From Octopus vulgaris (taxonomy: Eukaryota): a stretch of DNA of 64,000 nt. The stretch spans positions 20,646,001-20,710,000 of the forward strand of contig OX597816.1 in the NCBI GenBank assembly GCA_951406725.2. Reading direction: 5' to 3'. Shown one piece after another: positions 1 through 11,544 of this stretch (within the stretch, counting starts at the first letter, position 1; each line of letters opens with the position of its first letter). A program made the translations under genes and the position numbers. The notes beneath the pieces are model-generated. The model saw only the letters and a program-made list of their open reading frames with translations. It was not told where the DNA came from and did not search any database.

Positions 1-290
1 GACATTTTGGTTATGTGTTTTTTTAATTTTATTTTAGGCTCAGATAAATTAATGCCTTGTGACTAAATCTGATAGATTAGAGGCTGCCAAATAATAATTA
101 TAGATAGAGACAGAGAACATGAAATAGATTTCAATACAGAGAGGGAGAGAGAGAGAGAGTGAAAGACAGATGGATGGAGAATTAGTTAGAGAGATAGATA
201 CACACACACATATATAATACATAAATAAGCACATAAACAACCATAATATATATACACAAATGTATATATATATAACCATATTTGTATGTG

Positions 291-322
<32 letters not shown>

Positions 323-446
323 CAAACACACACACGCACATACACACAAACATAATATTCTATATATAAGTTAGTCACAGCCTGGTTCATCATCATCATC
401 ATCATCGTTTAACGTCCGTTCTCCATGCTAGCATGGGTTGGACGGT

Positions 447-493
<47 letters not shown>

Positions 494-550
494 TACAGAG
501 ATACTCACATAGCAAGTGATTTGATCTGAGATCATGTGCTGGAACGAAAA

Positions 551-748
551 CAATTGCAGTGTGGAAGGTGTTTGTAAGCCATTTAAGAAACACACAAAAG
601 CCGTTCGATTCATGGATTTTTGTCAGTGAACAGGTGGCGGATTTTAGCGAGGAAAATATTTTGACAAATTAAACTTAAATGTTGAAGTGAATCGAACGGC
701 TTTTGTGTGTTTCTTAAATGGCTTACAAACACCTTCCACACTGCAATT
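551..748 (+). mobile_element. Penelope-like inverted-repeat fragment enclosing a hammerhead-like motif
   Basis: Near-perfect ~61-bp inverted repeat (552-612 vs 688-748) around a spacer containing an HHR-like fold at 619-668. Confidence 0.6.
619..668 (+). ncRNA. Minimal type I hammerhead ribozyme-like motif, G3:C8 core variant
   Basis: TTTGTCA (stem I) GTGAACA g GTGGC..GCGAG (degenerate stem II) GAAA ATAT TT TGACAAA (stem I partner, 7 bp); palindromic stem III AATATT. Confidence 0.55.
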
Positions 749-922
749 ATATATATATATATATATATATATACGGTTAAGTAATTGAGATTCTAGTGAA
801 TTCTAAAGAATTCACATGAATATGGTCCTTAACTAGGATTCACCGGATATCTATATGGTGTTAGCCATACGACAAGTGGGGTGACTTTCCTCTACATGAT
901 GTGGCAGTCACTTTGCCTCTTA

Positions 923-965
923 CTCAGATTTAAAGATGTCCTCGTACGAAACGATCGTACCGAGA
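923..965 (+). ncRNA. Degenerate hammerhead-like motif
   Basis: GAAACGATCGTA (palindromic stem III plus GUA) preceded by TTAAAGA and a weak stem II; core decayed. Confidence 0.3.
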
Positions 966-1143
966 TTTTATATATATATATATATATATAAGGGTCTTTC
1001 CTTAATATTTTGTTGAATATATTATATAGTCTGTGACTATTTCTATTTTCTCACTTGACCGCTGGTTGCAGAAAATTTTTCTTGAAATTTTTTCTTGAAT
1101 TTTTTTGCTACCCTATATTGATAAATATATATATATACATATA

Positions 1144-1503
1144 CAGGGTGATTCAAAAGTCGCCATACATAGAAACAATTTATCTTTTTATAAGAAACAG
1201 TTTATAAGAACAGTTTCTTTCTTTTATTTAACAGGCTCTATGTGGTGTCCATTGTTTTGAATACACATTGCAATACATTTACCCATCTCATTGTAAACTG
1301 GTAATAGCACATCTGGTGATACGTGATGCATTCCTTCAACTGATTTAGGTCTTTTATCTTTCTGCAATACACCATGCCTTTCAAATGGCCCCAAAGGTAG
1401 AAATCAAGTGGGGTCAGATTAGGGTATCTAGGTGATCTTATAAACTGTCACTTATAAAAAAAATAAAATTTTTCCTATGTATGGAGGCTTTTGAATCACC
1501 CTG
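1144..1503 (-). mobile_element. Internally deleted Tc1/mariner transposon
   Basis: TIRs CAGGGTGATTCAAAAG..CCATACATAG at both ends, TA flanks; minus strand reads SPRYPNLTPLDFYLWGHLKGMVY..CIQNNGHHIE, a transposase C-terminus. Confidence 0.9.
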
Positions 1504-1589
1504 TATATATATATATATGCATATGCGTGTGTGTATGTGTATGTTCGTGTAAATATATATATATATATATATATATAAATGAATGTGTA

Positions 1590-1620
<31 letters not shown>

Positions 1621-1627
1621 GAATGTG

Positions 1628-1673
<46 letters not shown>

Positions 1674-1676
1674 AGT

Positions 1677-1709
<33 letters not shown>

Positions 1710-1728
1710 AATATATATATAAACGTGT

Positions 1729-1774
<46 letters not shown>

Positions 1775-2182
1775 GTGTATGTATGTATGTATGTCTCTGT
1801 GTGTGTAATGCATAAATAAGATAAAACTGCCTGGAGACAGTGTCTCTGCTGGAATTTTCAATGCAGTTTGAGACAATGGCAGACATGGTTACACAGAAAA
1901 CTGCCAGTGTTTTTCTAAAGAAGCAACCGTTTAATAGTACAAGTGACTTCGGTGATCTCAATGTTGTTTTCTTTTTCCTTGCTTGGCTTTAGGCTACTCA
2001 ATAACTGTTTTACACAATTTTCCTCTGCACGACATAAACCTAATCCAACGTGTCGTTGCTAAGATGTCGGGACTTGATTTGTGAGAGAGTTAACTACTAA
2101 TAATACCAGGTTGAGCAACCTTTCAGAGGCTTGCACATTGACTTGAATATACAAAACCATACATACATGTATATATACATAA

Positions 2183-2235
<53 letters not shown>

Positions 2236-2319
2236 CTGTGTGTGTGTGAGTGTGTGTATAACGTATATGATCTGTATTGAATTAAGAGAAGAGAATGGTG
2301 AGTTAGTGGTTAATAATTA

Positions 2320-2710
2320 TCTCTCTATATATAAAGCTGAAGTTGTCTGTGTATGGCAGGTTCGGCAGCCTTCAACTAACACTATCTCCTCCAAGACCCT
2401 GCAGTGCAAGTTGACCAAAGTTGAGAGTATGATAGAAGTAGGCTTGCTTTTCATTCAGTAGAAAGAAAAATTCAAATCGGACCATGTTAACACCAAAAAT
2501 TATTTACATCAAAAAGGTGCTTTTTTTCTATGAAAATCCCTATTTTTTACGATTCTTTTACTGCCGTGTCACCATCTTTTGGTGTATTTCAACCAGAAAA
2601 ATGTTCACTTAAAGAGAATAACAAGCTACATAATTCAATTTTTTACTTTTCAAAAATTCCAGTTCTAAAGGGTTGAAGCAAACCCGAGCAACGCCGGGCA
2701 ATACTGCTAG
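2320..2710 (+). mobile_element. Non-autonomous Helitron, subfamily 1
   Basis: 5' TC, subterminal hairpin CCCGAGCAACGCCGGG, 3' CTAG, A|T insertion site; 4 copies in window. Confidence 0.8.
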
Positions 2711-2761
2711 TTTATAAATATATTGATAATCATTTCTTCCTACAACTGTTTCCATTTATAC

Positions 2762-3135
2762 TCTCTTTTACTCTTTTACTTGTTTCAGTCATTTGACTGC
2801 GGCCATGCTGGAGCACCGCCTTTAGTCAACCAAATCGACCCAAGCCTAGTAGTTATTCTATCAGCCTCCTTTTGACGAACCACTAAGTCACATGGACGTA
2901 AACACATCAGCATCAGTTGTCAAGCAATGTTGGGGGACAAACACAGACACAAAAACACACACATACGTATATATAAATATTGATATATATAACGGGCTTC
3001 TTTCAATTTCTGACTACCAAATCCACTCACAAGGCTTTGGTCGGCCCCGAGGCTCTAGTAGAGGACACTTGCCCAAGGTGCCATGCAGTGGGACTGAACC
3101 TGGAAGCATGTTGTTGGTAAGCAAGCTACTTACCA
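2762..3135 (-). mobile_element. tRNA-derived SINE family A
   Basis: Pol III box-containing head, central (TA)n/(TG)n, tail CAGCATGGCCGCAGTCAAATGACTGAAACAAGTAAAAGAG. Confidence 0.9.
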
Positions 3136-3344
3136 ATAAATTACAAATTTGTTAATCAAATTTGCATTTATAAATTATGAGCAAAATATCATCAGGGAAA
3201 AGTTAGACATTTGAAAAATTACGTGTTGACCTATCTGTTTGGAATGAACTCATATACACACACACACAAACACACATACACTTAACTTCACAGATGGCTA
3301 CAACAATATCAACAACATGACTAACAATAACAACAGCAACAGCA

Positions 3345-3535
3345 GCCGTTCAAGAATTTGGACCTGGAGATCTCCATTTCCAGTGACTTCGAGGGCCACC
3401 TCCCAGTGGTGTCGGGCGTCAACGAAGAGCCCTCGACTACAAGAAGACGACCAAAGTTTTTTTTTCCATGGTCTGGGGTCTCCCGCCTCTAAGCCCTAGA
3501 ACATCACCTAATCACCCTTACTCGTCTTGTTGCTT
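3345..3535. mobile_element. GC-rich ~190-bp dispersed element embedded in (AAC)n
   Basis: Second copy in opposite orientation at 54078-54270, also flanked by (GTT)n. Confidence 0.75.
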
Positions 3536-3994
3536 AACAACATCAACAACAACAACAGCAGCAGTAAGAACAATGGCAACAACAACAACAACAGCAACAA
3601 CTACCATGATGGCAGCAGCATGGGTGAACACACAAACACAGTGAGTTACAAGAACGGTACAAAAGGTCGGGTTCATGGACAGCAGCAGCAATAAGATAGG
3701 GGGCAGGGCTGAGGGGAGGGTCGTAGTAATTCTAAGACCAATGAAACGCACGCACACACACACAGATGCATATTCATATAAGGATACACATCATAGAAAA
3801 ACAGAATGGAATAGGCAGAGCAAGAGAGCACACAAAGACAGAAAGTGTCACTGTGGAGGTCACAGATGAGTGACAAAAGATGTCCGGACAATGGAGATGA
3901 GTTAGAATAAGAAGAGTAATGAATGAGTATATAATGCATGTGTTTATTTGGTAAAGAAAAAAAAGAAATGACCATCTCAAAATACAACAATATA

Positions 3995-4300
3995 TATTGT
4001 ATAAAAGGTCGCGGGTAAGGCCAAATCAATGCGAAGGAAATGCAAGGTATAGCACAAGAAAACAAATATGTGAATTGATGTAGGCTCACCTTGTATTCAA
4101 CATTTCGGGGTTATGACCCCATTTTCAAGAAATTGACGAATGGCCACATTCGTCAATTTCTTGTAAAAATGGGGTCATAACCTCGAAGTACTGAATAGAA
4201 GGTGAGTCTACATCAATTCAAATATTTGTTTTCTTGTGATTTACCATGCATTTACTTCACATTGTTTTGGCCTTACCCGTGATCTTTTATACAATATATT
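3995..4300. mobile_element. Large imperfect palindrome (inverted Penelope-like pLTR pair) with an HHR-like motif in each arm
   Basis: ~145-bp arms centred near TGGCCA (4141-4146); minus arm reads TTC TTGAAAA t GGGGT CATA ACCCC GAAA TGTT GAA. Confidence 0.65.
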
Positions 4301-4334
4301 CTACACAATGCTTCATAGAAATTATTCCAACAAC

Positions 4335-4367
<33 letters not shown>

Positions 4368-4392
4368 CTTTATTTAAAGCAGCGGAACTCCA

Positions 4393-4523
<131 letters not shown>

Positions 4524-4744
4524 ATATATATTTAATATATATATATATATATATATATATTTAAATATATATTATATGTATACATTTAAGTATAGAAAGT
4601 GCTATGTTGTAAGGACTGAGATATATAAAGTGAAGGAATATATAGGGATAACTGAATATAAAAATGGAGAAATGGTTTTCAAACATCTATAAGGATTAAT
4701 GGTGAAGGAAGTTTTAAACATTTAGAACTTTCTGGACAACCCAA

Positions 4745-5160
4745 TCATCATCATTTAACATCCGCTTTCCATGCTGGCATGGGTTGTACGGTTCAACTGG
4801 AGTCTGGGAAGCCAGAAGGCTGCACCAGGCCCAATCTGATCTGGCAGTGTTTCTACAGCTGGATGCCCTTCCTAACGCCAACCACTCCGTGAGTGTAGTG
4901 GGTGCTTTTTACGCGCCACTGGCACAGGTGCCAGACGAGGCTGGCAAACGGCCACAATCGGATGGTGCTTTTTATGTGCCACCGGCACGGGGACCAGACG
5001 AAGCTGGCAACGGCCATGGTCAGATGGTGCTTTTTACATGCCACTGGCACGGAGGCCAGTCGGGTGGCGCTGGCTACGGCCACGTTCGGATGGTTCTCTT
5101 ACGTGCCACTGGCACTGGTATCACAGCTACAAATTCCATTGATGTTGATAGATTACGATT
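4745..5160 (-). mobile_element. Family B non-autonomous retroelement, (GAT)n tail, internal ~55-60-bp repeats
   Basis: Conserved GGAAGGGCATCCAGCTGTAGAAA..CCAACCCATGC..GTTAAACGATGATG 3' end and TGGCACGTAAAAAGCACC internal units. Confidence 0.8.
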
Positions 5161-5429
5161 TTGAGACATTTTAACCCTTGTTTCTGGTGAAAGTAAAGTT
5201 TGATTTCTTCAATTCTGTTTCAAACGTGGGTATTTTATACTATATATTTTAAGCTTGTGGATATAATTTATATGCAAAAAAGGGGGCTTTGTATAAAAAT
5301 TGGAATAAAGATACAAATAAAATTTAATTTTACAAGAAAAATGTTTTAATAATTAAACATTAAAAATTTTTTAAATTTAAATAAAGAAAAGAAAGAAAGA
5401 GAGAAAAATATTTATTACTTTTGTATATA

Positions 5430-5547
5430 GTTCAGTCCCACTGCATGGTACCTTGGGCAAGTGTCTTCTACTATAGCCTCGGGCTGACCAAAGCCTTGTG
5501 AGTGGATTTGGTAGACGGAAACTGAAAAGAAGCCTGTCATATATATG

Positions 5548-5578
<31 letters not shown>

Positions 5579-5775
5579 CTTTGTGATCCCAGCATTGCTT
5601 GACAACCGATGCTGGTGTTCTTACGTCCCCGTAACTTAGCAGTTCAGAAAAAGAGATCAATAGAATAAGTACTAGGCTTACAAAGAATAAGTTCTGGGTT
5701 CGATTTGCTCGACTAAAGGCGGTGCTCCAGCTTGGCCACAGTCAAATGACTAAAACAAGTAAAAGAGTAAAGAGA
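5430..5775 (+). mobile_element. SINE family A (5' incomplete)
   Basis: Body and tail match other copies. Confidence 0.85.
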
Positions 5776-6122
5776 GATAATATAACATCTTCATCATCGT
5801 TGTCATCGTCATCGTCCTAATATTATCATTTAACATCCTTTTTCCATGCTAGCATCAGTTGTTTTAGCCAATGGGCTGCAGTGGACAAGTTTTCTTTTGT
5901 TTCCTTAAAATTATGATTGCTACATCAACCTTGTAACGATAACAAATGTCAGTATTGGATAATCAGATACTGTGGATGTGACAAATGTATAAAAATTGGA
6001 ATAGAAATGCAGATAAAATTGAATTCAACAAAAATGGTTTTAATAATTAAATATTTAAAAACTTCTAAATTTAAATATAGAAAAGAAAGGAAAGGGAAAA
6101 TAATTTTAATTACGTTTATATA

Positions 6123-6290
6123 TAGGCGCAGGAGTGGCTGTGTGGTAGGTAGCTTGTTTACCAACCACATGGTTCCGGGTTCAGTCCCACTGTGTGGCAC
6201 CTTGGGCAAGTATCTTCTACTATAGTCTCAGGCAAACCAAAGCCTTGTGAGTGGATTTGGTAGATGGAAACTGAAAGAAGCCTGTCGTAT

Positions 6291-6329
<39 letters not shown>

Positions 6330-6557
6330 GTGTATGTTTGTGTGTCTGTGTTTGTCTCCCTAGCATTGCTTGACAACCGATGCTGGTGTGTTTATGTCCC
6401 CGTCACTTAGCAGTTCGGCAAAAGAGAGCGATAGAATAAGTACGGGGCTTACAAAGAATAAGTCCCAGGTTCGAATTGCTCGATTAAAGGCGGTGCTCCA
6501 GCATGGCCACAGTCACATGACTGAAACAAGTAAAAGAGTAAAAGAGAGAGTAAAGAG
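6123..6557 (+). mobile_element. SINE family A, full length
   Basis: A box TGGCTGTGTGG, B box GGTTCAGTCC, full tail. Confidence 0.9.
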
Positions 6558-6732
6558 TATAGATAATGTGTCCTCCTCATCATCGTCGTCATCGTCATTA
6601 TTATCATTATTCAACATCTGTTTTCCATGCTAGCATGGGTTGTTTCGTTCATTGGACAGCTGTGGGCACTATTTCGTTAGCTCTGTATTTTGGGATGGTC
6701 ATTTTTTTTTTTCCAAATGAACAAACACACTA

Positions 6733-7785
6733 TAGGCATGGGAGTGGCTGTGTGACAAGTAGCTTGCTTACCAACCACATGGTCCTGGGTCCATTCCCAC
6801 TCCGTGGTACCTTGGGCGAGTGTCTTCTATTGTAGCCTCGGGTTGACCAAAGCCTTGTGAGTGGATTTAGTAAACAGAAACTGAAAGAAGCCTGTCGTAT
6901 ATATGTATATATATATATATATATGTATGTGTGTATATATGTCTGTGTGTCTGTGTTTGTTCCTTCAACATCGCCTGACAACCGATGCTGGTGTGTTTAT
7001 GCTCCTGTAACTCAGCGGTTCAGCAAAAGAGATCCAAAAGAATAAATACTAAGCTTACAAAGAATAAGTCCTGAGGTCGATTTGTTCGACTAAAGGTGGT
7101 GCTCCAGCATGGCTGCAGACAAATGGCTGAAACAAGTTAGAGAGTAAAAGAGTAAAAGACTGTAGGTGCAGGAGTGGCTGTGTGGTAAGTAGCTTGCTTA
7201 CCAACCACATGGTTCCAGGTTCAGTCCCACTGCGTGGCACCTTTGGCAAGTGTCTTCTACTATAGCCTTGGGCTGACCAAAGCTTTGTGAGTGGATTTGG
7301 TAGACAGAAACTGAAAGAAGCCTGTCATATATATGTATACATATATATGCATGTGTGTGTATATGTCTGTGTGTCTGTGTTTGTTACTCCAACATTGCTT
7401 GACAACTGAGGGTGGTTTGGTTACGTCCCTGTAACTTAGCGGATCAGCAAAAGAGATCCAATAGATAAGAACTAGGCTTACCAAGAACAAGTCCTGAGGT
7501 CGATTTGTTCGACTAAAGATGGTGCTCCAGATTGGCCACAGTCAAATGACTGAAACAAGTAAAAAGCTATAGGCGCAGGAGTGGCTGTGTGGTAAGTAGC
7601 TTGCTTACCAACCACATGGTTTCAGGTTCATTCCCACTGCATGGCACCGTAACTTAGTGGATTGGCAAAAGAGACTGATAGAATAATTACTAGGCTTACA
7701 AAGAATAAATCCTGGGATAGATTTGCTCGACTAAAGGCAGTGCTCCAGCATGGCCACAATTAAAAGAGTAAAAAAGTAAAAAAAA
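6733..7785 (+). mobile_element. Three head-to-tail SINE A copies
   Basis: Copies at 6733-7160, 7163-7566 and 7569-7785 (last has an internal deletion). Confidence 0.9.
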
Positions 7786-8261
7786 GACTATATATTTTTT
7801 CTTCACTCATTTATTACTGGTCTTATTTTATTAATTTAACTCTTGTCCATTGACCTTTTGTTTCCTTAAAATTATGATTGCTACACCAATCTTGTAATGA
7901 TAACAAATGTCAATGTAAGATAGTCAGATATTGTGGATATGACAAAGAAATTAACACATGCATATTGCTGGGGACAGGAGAAGAAAAAAAAGGGTAGAAT
8001 AAATCATAGGGAGTGAGAGCTATAGGGAGAGGATGAGAGGGAGGTGGAAGAAGATGGAGAGAAACAGAAAAGGGAGGAGGGCCAGAGATGAGGTTTTGAG
8101 CGAATGGTGATGTTTAAAATAGACAATGAAATGTTAATTTTATTGAAAATATACAGAAATTTGAATTTTTAAGATTTTATTACCAACCGAGAATAATCCA
8201 GAAGGGGTGAATAGTTTTTTGTTTTTGTTACGTACATCGATATACATGAATTGCAATAATT

Positions 8262-8301
8262 ATATACAATACATATATGCATGCATATATACATACATAC
8301 A

Positions 8302-8337
<36 letters not shown>

Positions 8338-8578
8338 TATATACATCCATACATACATACATATATATATATATTTATATATATACATACACATATATAT
8401 ATGTATATATATATATATATATATATACATACACATATATATGTATGTGTATAGTCATATATATATACACATGTATGTATACATACATTTATATATATAT
8501 ATGTGTGTGTGTGTGTATGTATATGTATATATGTATGTGTATATATGTATATATATGAGTGTGTGTCTGTACACATAC

Positions 8579-8638
<60 letters not shown>

Positions 8639-8647
8639 TACATATAT

Positions 8648-8710
<63 letters not shown>

Positions 8711-8768
8711 TATATATATATATATATGCATATATATATATACACATATATATACATATATATATATG
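8262..8768. repeat. Compound (TA)n/(TACA)n/(TG)n microsatellite
   Basis: Direct reading; similar tracts at 1505-1800, 4335-4580, 14760-15146 and 42200-42590. Confidence 0.95.
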
Positions 8769-9535
8769 AGATTTTTCTTCTCTTGATTAAAGCAAATGAA
8801 AGCAAAAAAAAAAAAAATATTAAAAAAAATTTCAAGCTGAGAAGATAATTTTCTTATGAATATATTCTTAATTTTCACAAAAGATAAAATCATCTTTCGG
8901 TGGGCAATGTTGTGTTAATATACAATGGATGAACAAGCTGTAGATGAATTATTCTGATTTATATTTTAATTCGGAAAAATATATTACCATTAATATCCCC
9001 CAAAGAAATCAATTTATATTCAAATGTATAATTACATTTTCATCAAATCTAATTAATAAGTATCATTACGCATCATCATCGTCATGATGTTGTGAACGAA
9101 GATACTTCTTCCAAGATATGTAGAAGAAAATATAAGACAATCCTCTGGGACAGAACAATATTTTATTAGTGGTTGGCATCTTGGGATGATTTACTTGGAA
9201 AAAGCAGAGAAAAGAAGTAGAGAAACTTTACTCGTTTATTCTAGTATGTTTTAATTAGATTTATTATTATGATTATTATTAGCTTCATTAAGCAAGGTTG
9301 TAAATTAGCAGAAATCATTAGTATACTAGAAAACATGCCTTACATTATTATTATTAATTGTCATTATTATTATTCAGGTCACTATCTGGAATCGAACTCA
9401 GAATCTTGGGGTTAGTAGCCTGCACTCTTAACACCATGGCGCAGTGGTTAAGAGTGCAGGCTATTAACCCCAAGAATCTGAGTTCAATTCCAGGCAGTGA
9501 CCTGAATAATATTAATAAAAATAATAATAATGATG

Positions 9536-9600
<65 letters not shown>

Positions 9601-9644
9601 CATAATAATAATAATGATAATAATAATAATAATAATAATAATAA

Positions 9645-10200
9645 ATGCCCTGATGCAGTACCAGGCAGTGGCTCTCATGGCTTCTGATCTTAACTGATTG
9701 GAAGTGTTTTCATGTACATTGTTTTGTCTTGGTATAAAAGATGGGCTACAGCAAATATTCTGCTCAATACCACAGATTTGCTTGTCAGTTGTTTGACCTT
9801 AACCAGTTGAGCGTGTCCCTTAGTGGCTGACGATATGTGCATCTCTGATCACGAGCAGAAGTAGTTGGGGAGCATCATAGCCATGTGTTGAGAGGGATTT
9901 TTTGGGGTTTGAATAATTCACCTCTGGAAACATGGGTGGTTCTTTCAACATCCTTAAACAACCCTTATTCAGGGACCTTTTGAGCGGGATGGGCTACTCA
10001 ACCTGAAGAAAATTCTAACTGGGCCCCACCTGCAAGGTCATGCGCTGTTTATCTTGATATGAGATCACCATGTCGCGCACATATGGTTGTGATGCATGTG
10101 CCTGGTGTACCCTTATCAGACGGGTAGTCATGATGGGTATATTGGACTTCGTATATTTTACCCCAGTGTCACTTTGATGGCATGAACTGCTCTCTCACTC
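9645..10200. mobile_element. ~555-bp non-coding element inserted in (AAT)n, copy 1
   Basis: Sharp boundaries with (AAT)n on both sides; second copy follows directly. Confidence 0.8.
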
Positions 10201-10249
<49 letters not shown>

Positions 10250-10275
10250 TAATAATAATGATAATAATAATAATA

Positions 10276-10822
10276 GCCCTGATGCAGTACCAGACAGTGA
10301 CTCTCATGATCTTAACTGATTGGAAGTTTAATCATATACATTGTTTTATCTTGGTATAAAAGATGGGCTATAATAAATATTCTGCCCAATACCACAGATT
10401 TGCTTGTCAGTTGTTTGACCTTAACCAGTTGACCATGTCCCTTAGTGGCTGACGATATGTGCATCTCTGATCATGAGCAGAAGTAGTGGGGGAACATCAT
10501 AGCCATGTGTTGAGAGGGATTTTTTGGGGTTTGAATAATTCACCTCTGGAAACATAGGTGGTTCGTTGAACATCCTTAAACAACCCTTATTTAGGGACCT
10601 TTTGAGTGGGATGAGTTATTCAACCTGAAGAAAATTCTAACTGGGCCCCACCTGCAAGGTCATGTGCTGTTTATCTTTATATGAGATCACCATGTCGCGC
10701 ACATATGGTTGTGATGCATGTGCCTAGGGTATCCTTATCAGACGGGTAGTCATGATGGGTATATTGGACTTCGTAAATTTTACCGCAGTGTCACTTTGTA
10801 GTCATACACTGCTCTCTCACTC
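10276..10822. mobile_element. ~550-bp non-coding element inserted in (AAT)n, copy 2
   Basis: Same start (GCCCTGATGCAG) and end (CTCTCTCACTC) as copy 1, with scattered differences. Confidence 0.8.
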
Positions 10823-10898
10823 ATTAGTAATAATGATAATAACAACAACATCGGAAAAACACTTTGGGAATGAGAACCCAGGTTCGAAATTTCCCCAG

Positions 10899-10944
10899 GA
10901 CAACTGATGAAGGCTGGAGAGTACATCAACCAAAATGTTGTGTT
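10899..10944 (+). ncRNA. Minimal type I hammerhead motif (CpG-decayed)
   Basis: CTGATGA at 10904-10910; three-copy consensus GACAC CTGATGA A GGCTG..CAGCC GAAAC GTT GTGTT. Confidence 0.65.
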
Positions 10945-11124
10945 AACAACAAACAAGATGAGGACAAATATCTTTCAAATGTAAATAATGTAAATAATAT
11001 ACATTATTAGTTGGACTCTTATGTCTCCAAGTTCAAATCCTGTCCTAGTCAACTTTGTGCATCATCCTTCTAGGGCCGATAGAATAACATATCTATCATG
11101 AAGTACAAGATGTTTTAGGATAGC

Positions 11125-11460
11125 AGGAGAGAGAGAAGGAGGGAGGGGGGAGAAGGGGAGAGAGAATAGAGGGTGAGTGAGGGGAAAGAAGCAGAGAGAA
11201 GGGGAGAAGAAGGGAGAGAGAGGAGGAGTGAGAGAAGGAAAGAAAAAAGTGGAAGAGAGAACAGAGGGAGAGGAGAGAGAGCGTGAGAAAGAAAAGGAAA
11301 AGAAGAGAGAACAGACAGAGAGAAGGAAAGAGAGATGGAGGAAAAGAGAGAAGGAGAGAGAGTGAGAGATAGAGGATGAGAGAGAGTGAGAGAGGGAGAG
11401 AATGTGAGAACCGTTAAAATGAGAGAAAGAAGAGAGAGAAAGAAAAGGAGAGAGAGGAGA
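11125..11460. repeat. Polypurine (GA-rich) tract
   Basis: Direct reading. Confidence 0.95.
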
Positions 11461-11544
11461 AATTACAATTTGGCATCATTGATTTGATGCTGACTCACTT
11501 GACATTGGACCTTTTAATGTTTCTCTCATTTCAACAGTTCTCTC

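Larger units (their letters stand above)
9351..10999 (+). mobile_element. tRNA-headed, hammerhead-tailed SINE-like element with inverted 5' head (copy 1)
   Basis: TSD TACATTATTA (9341-9350 and 11000-11009); A box 9437-9447, B box 9480-9491; inverted head 9363-9432; (AAT)n; HHR 10899-10944. Confidence 0.75.

Noticed and set aside
1826-2150. Unique-looking stretch that might be a terminal exon
   Set aside because: Only short open frames and no recognisable domain.
4900-5120. Repeat-spacer look of family B internal units (CRISPR-like)
   Set aside because: Linkers are homologous to each other, the context is a eukaryotic retroelement and there are no cas genes.
8169-8893. YIYI/HTHT-type ORFs here and throughout the window
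   Set aside because: Dinucleotide and tetranucleotide microsatellites lack stop codons; not protein-coding evidence.
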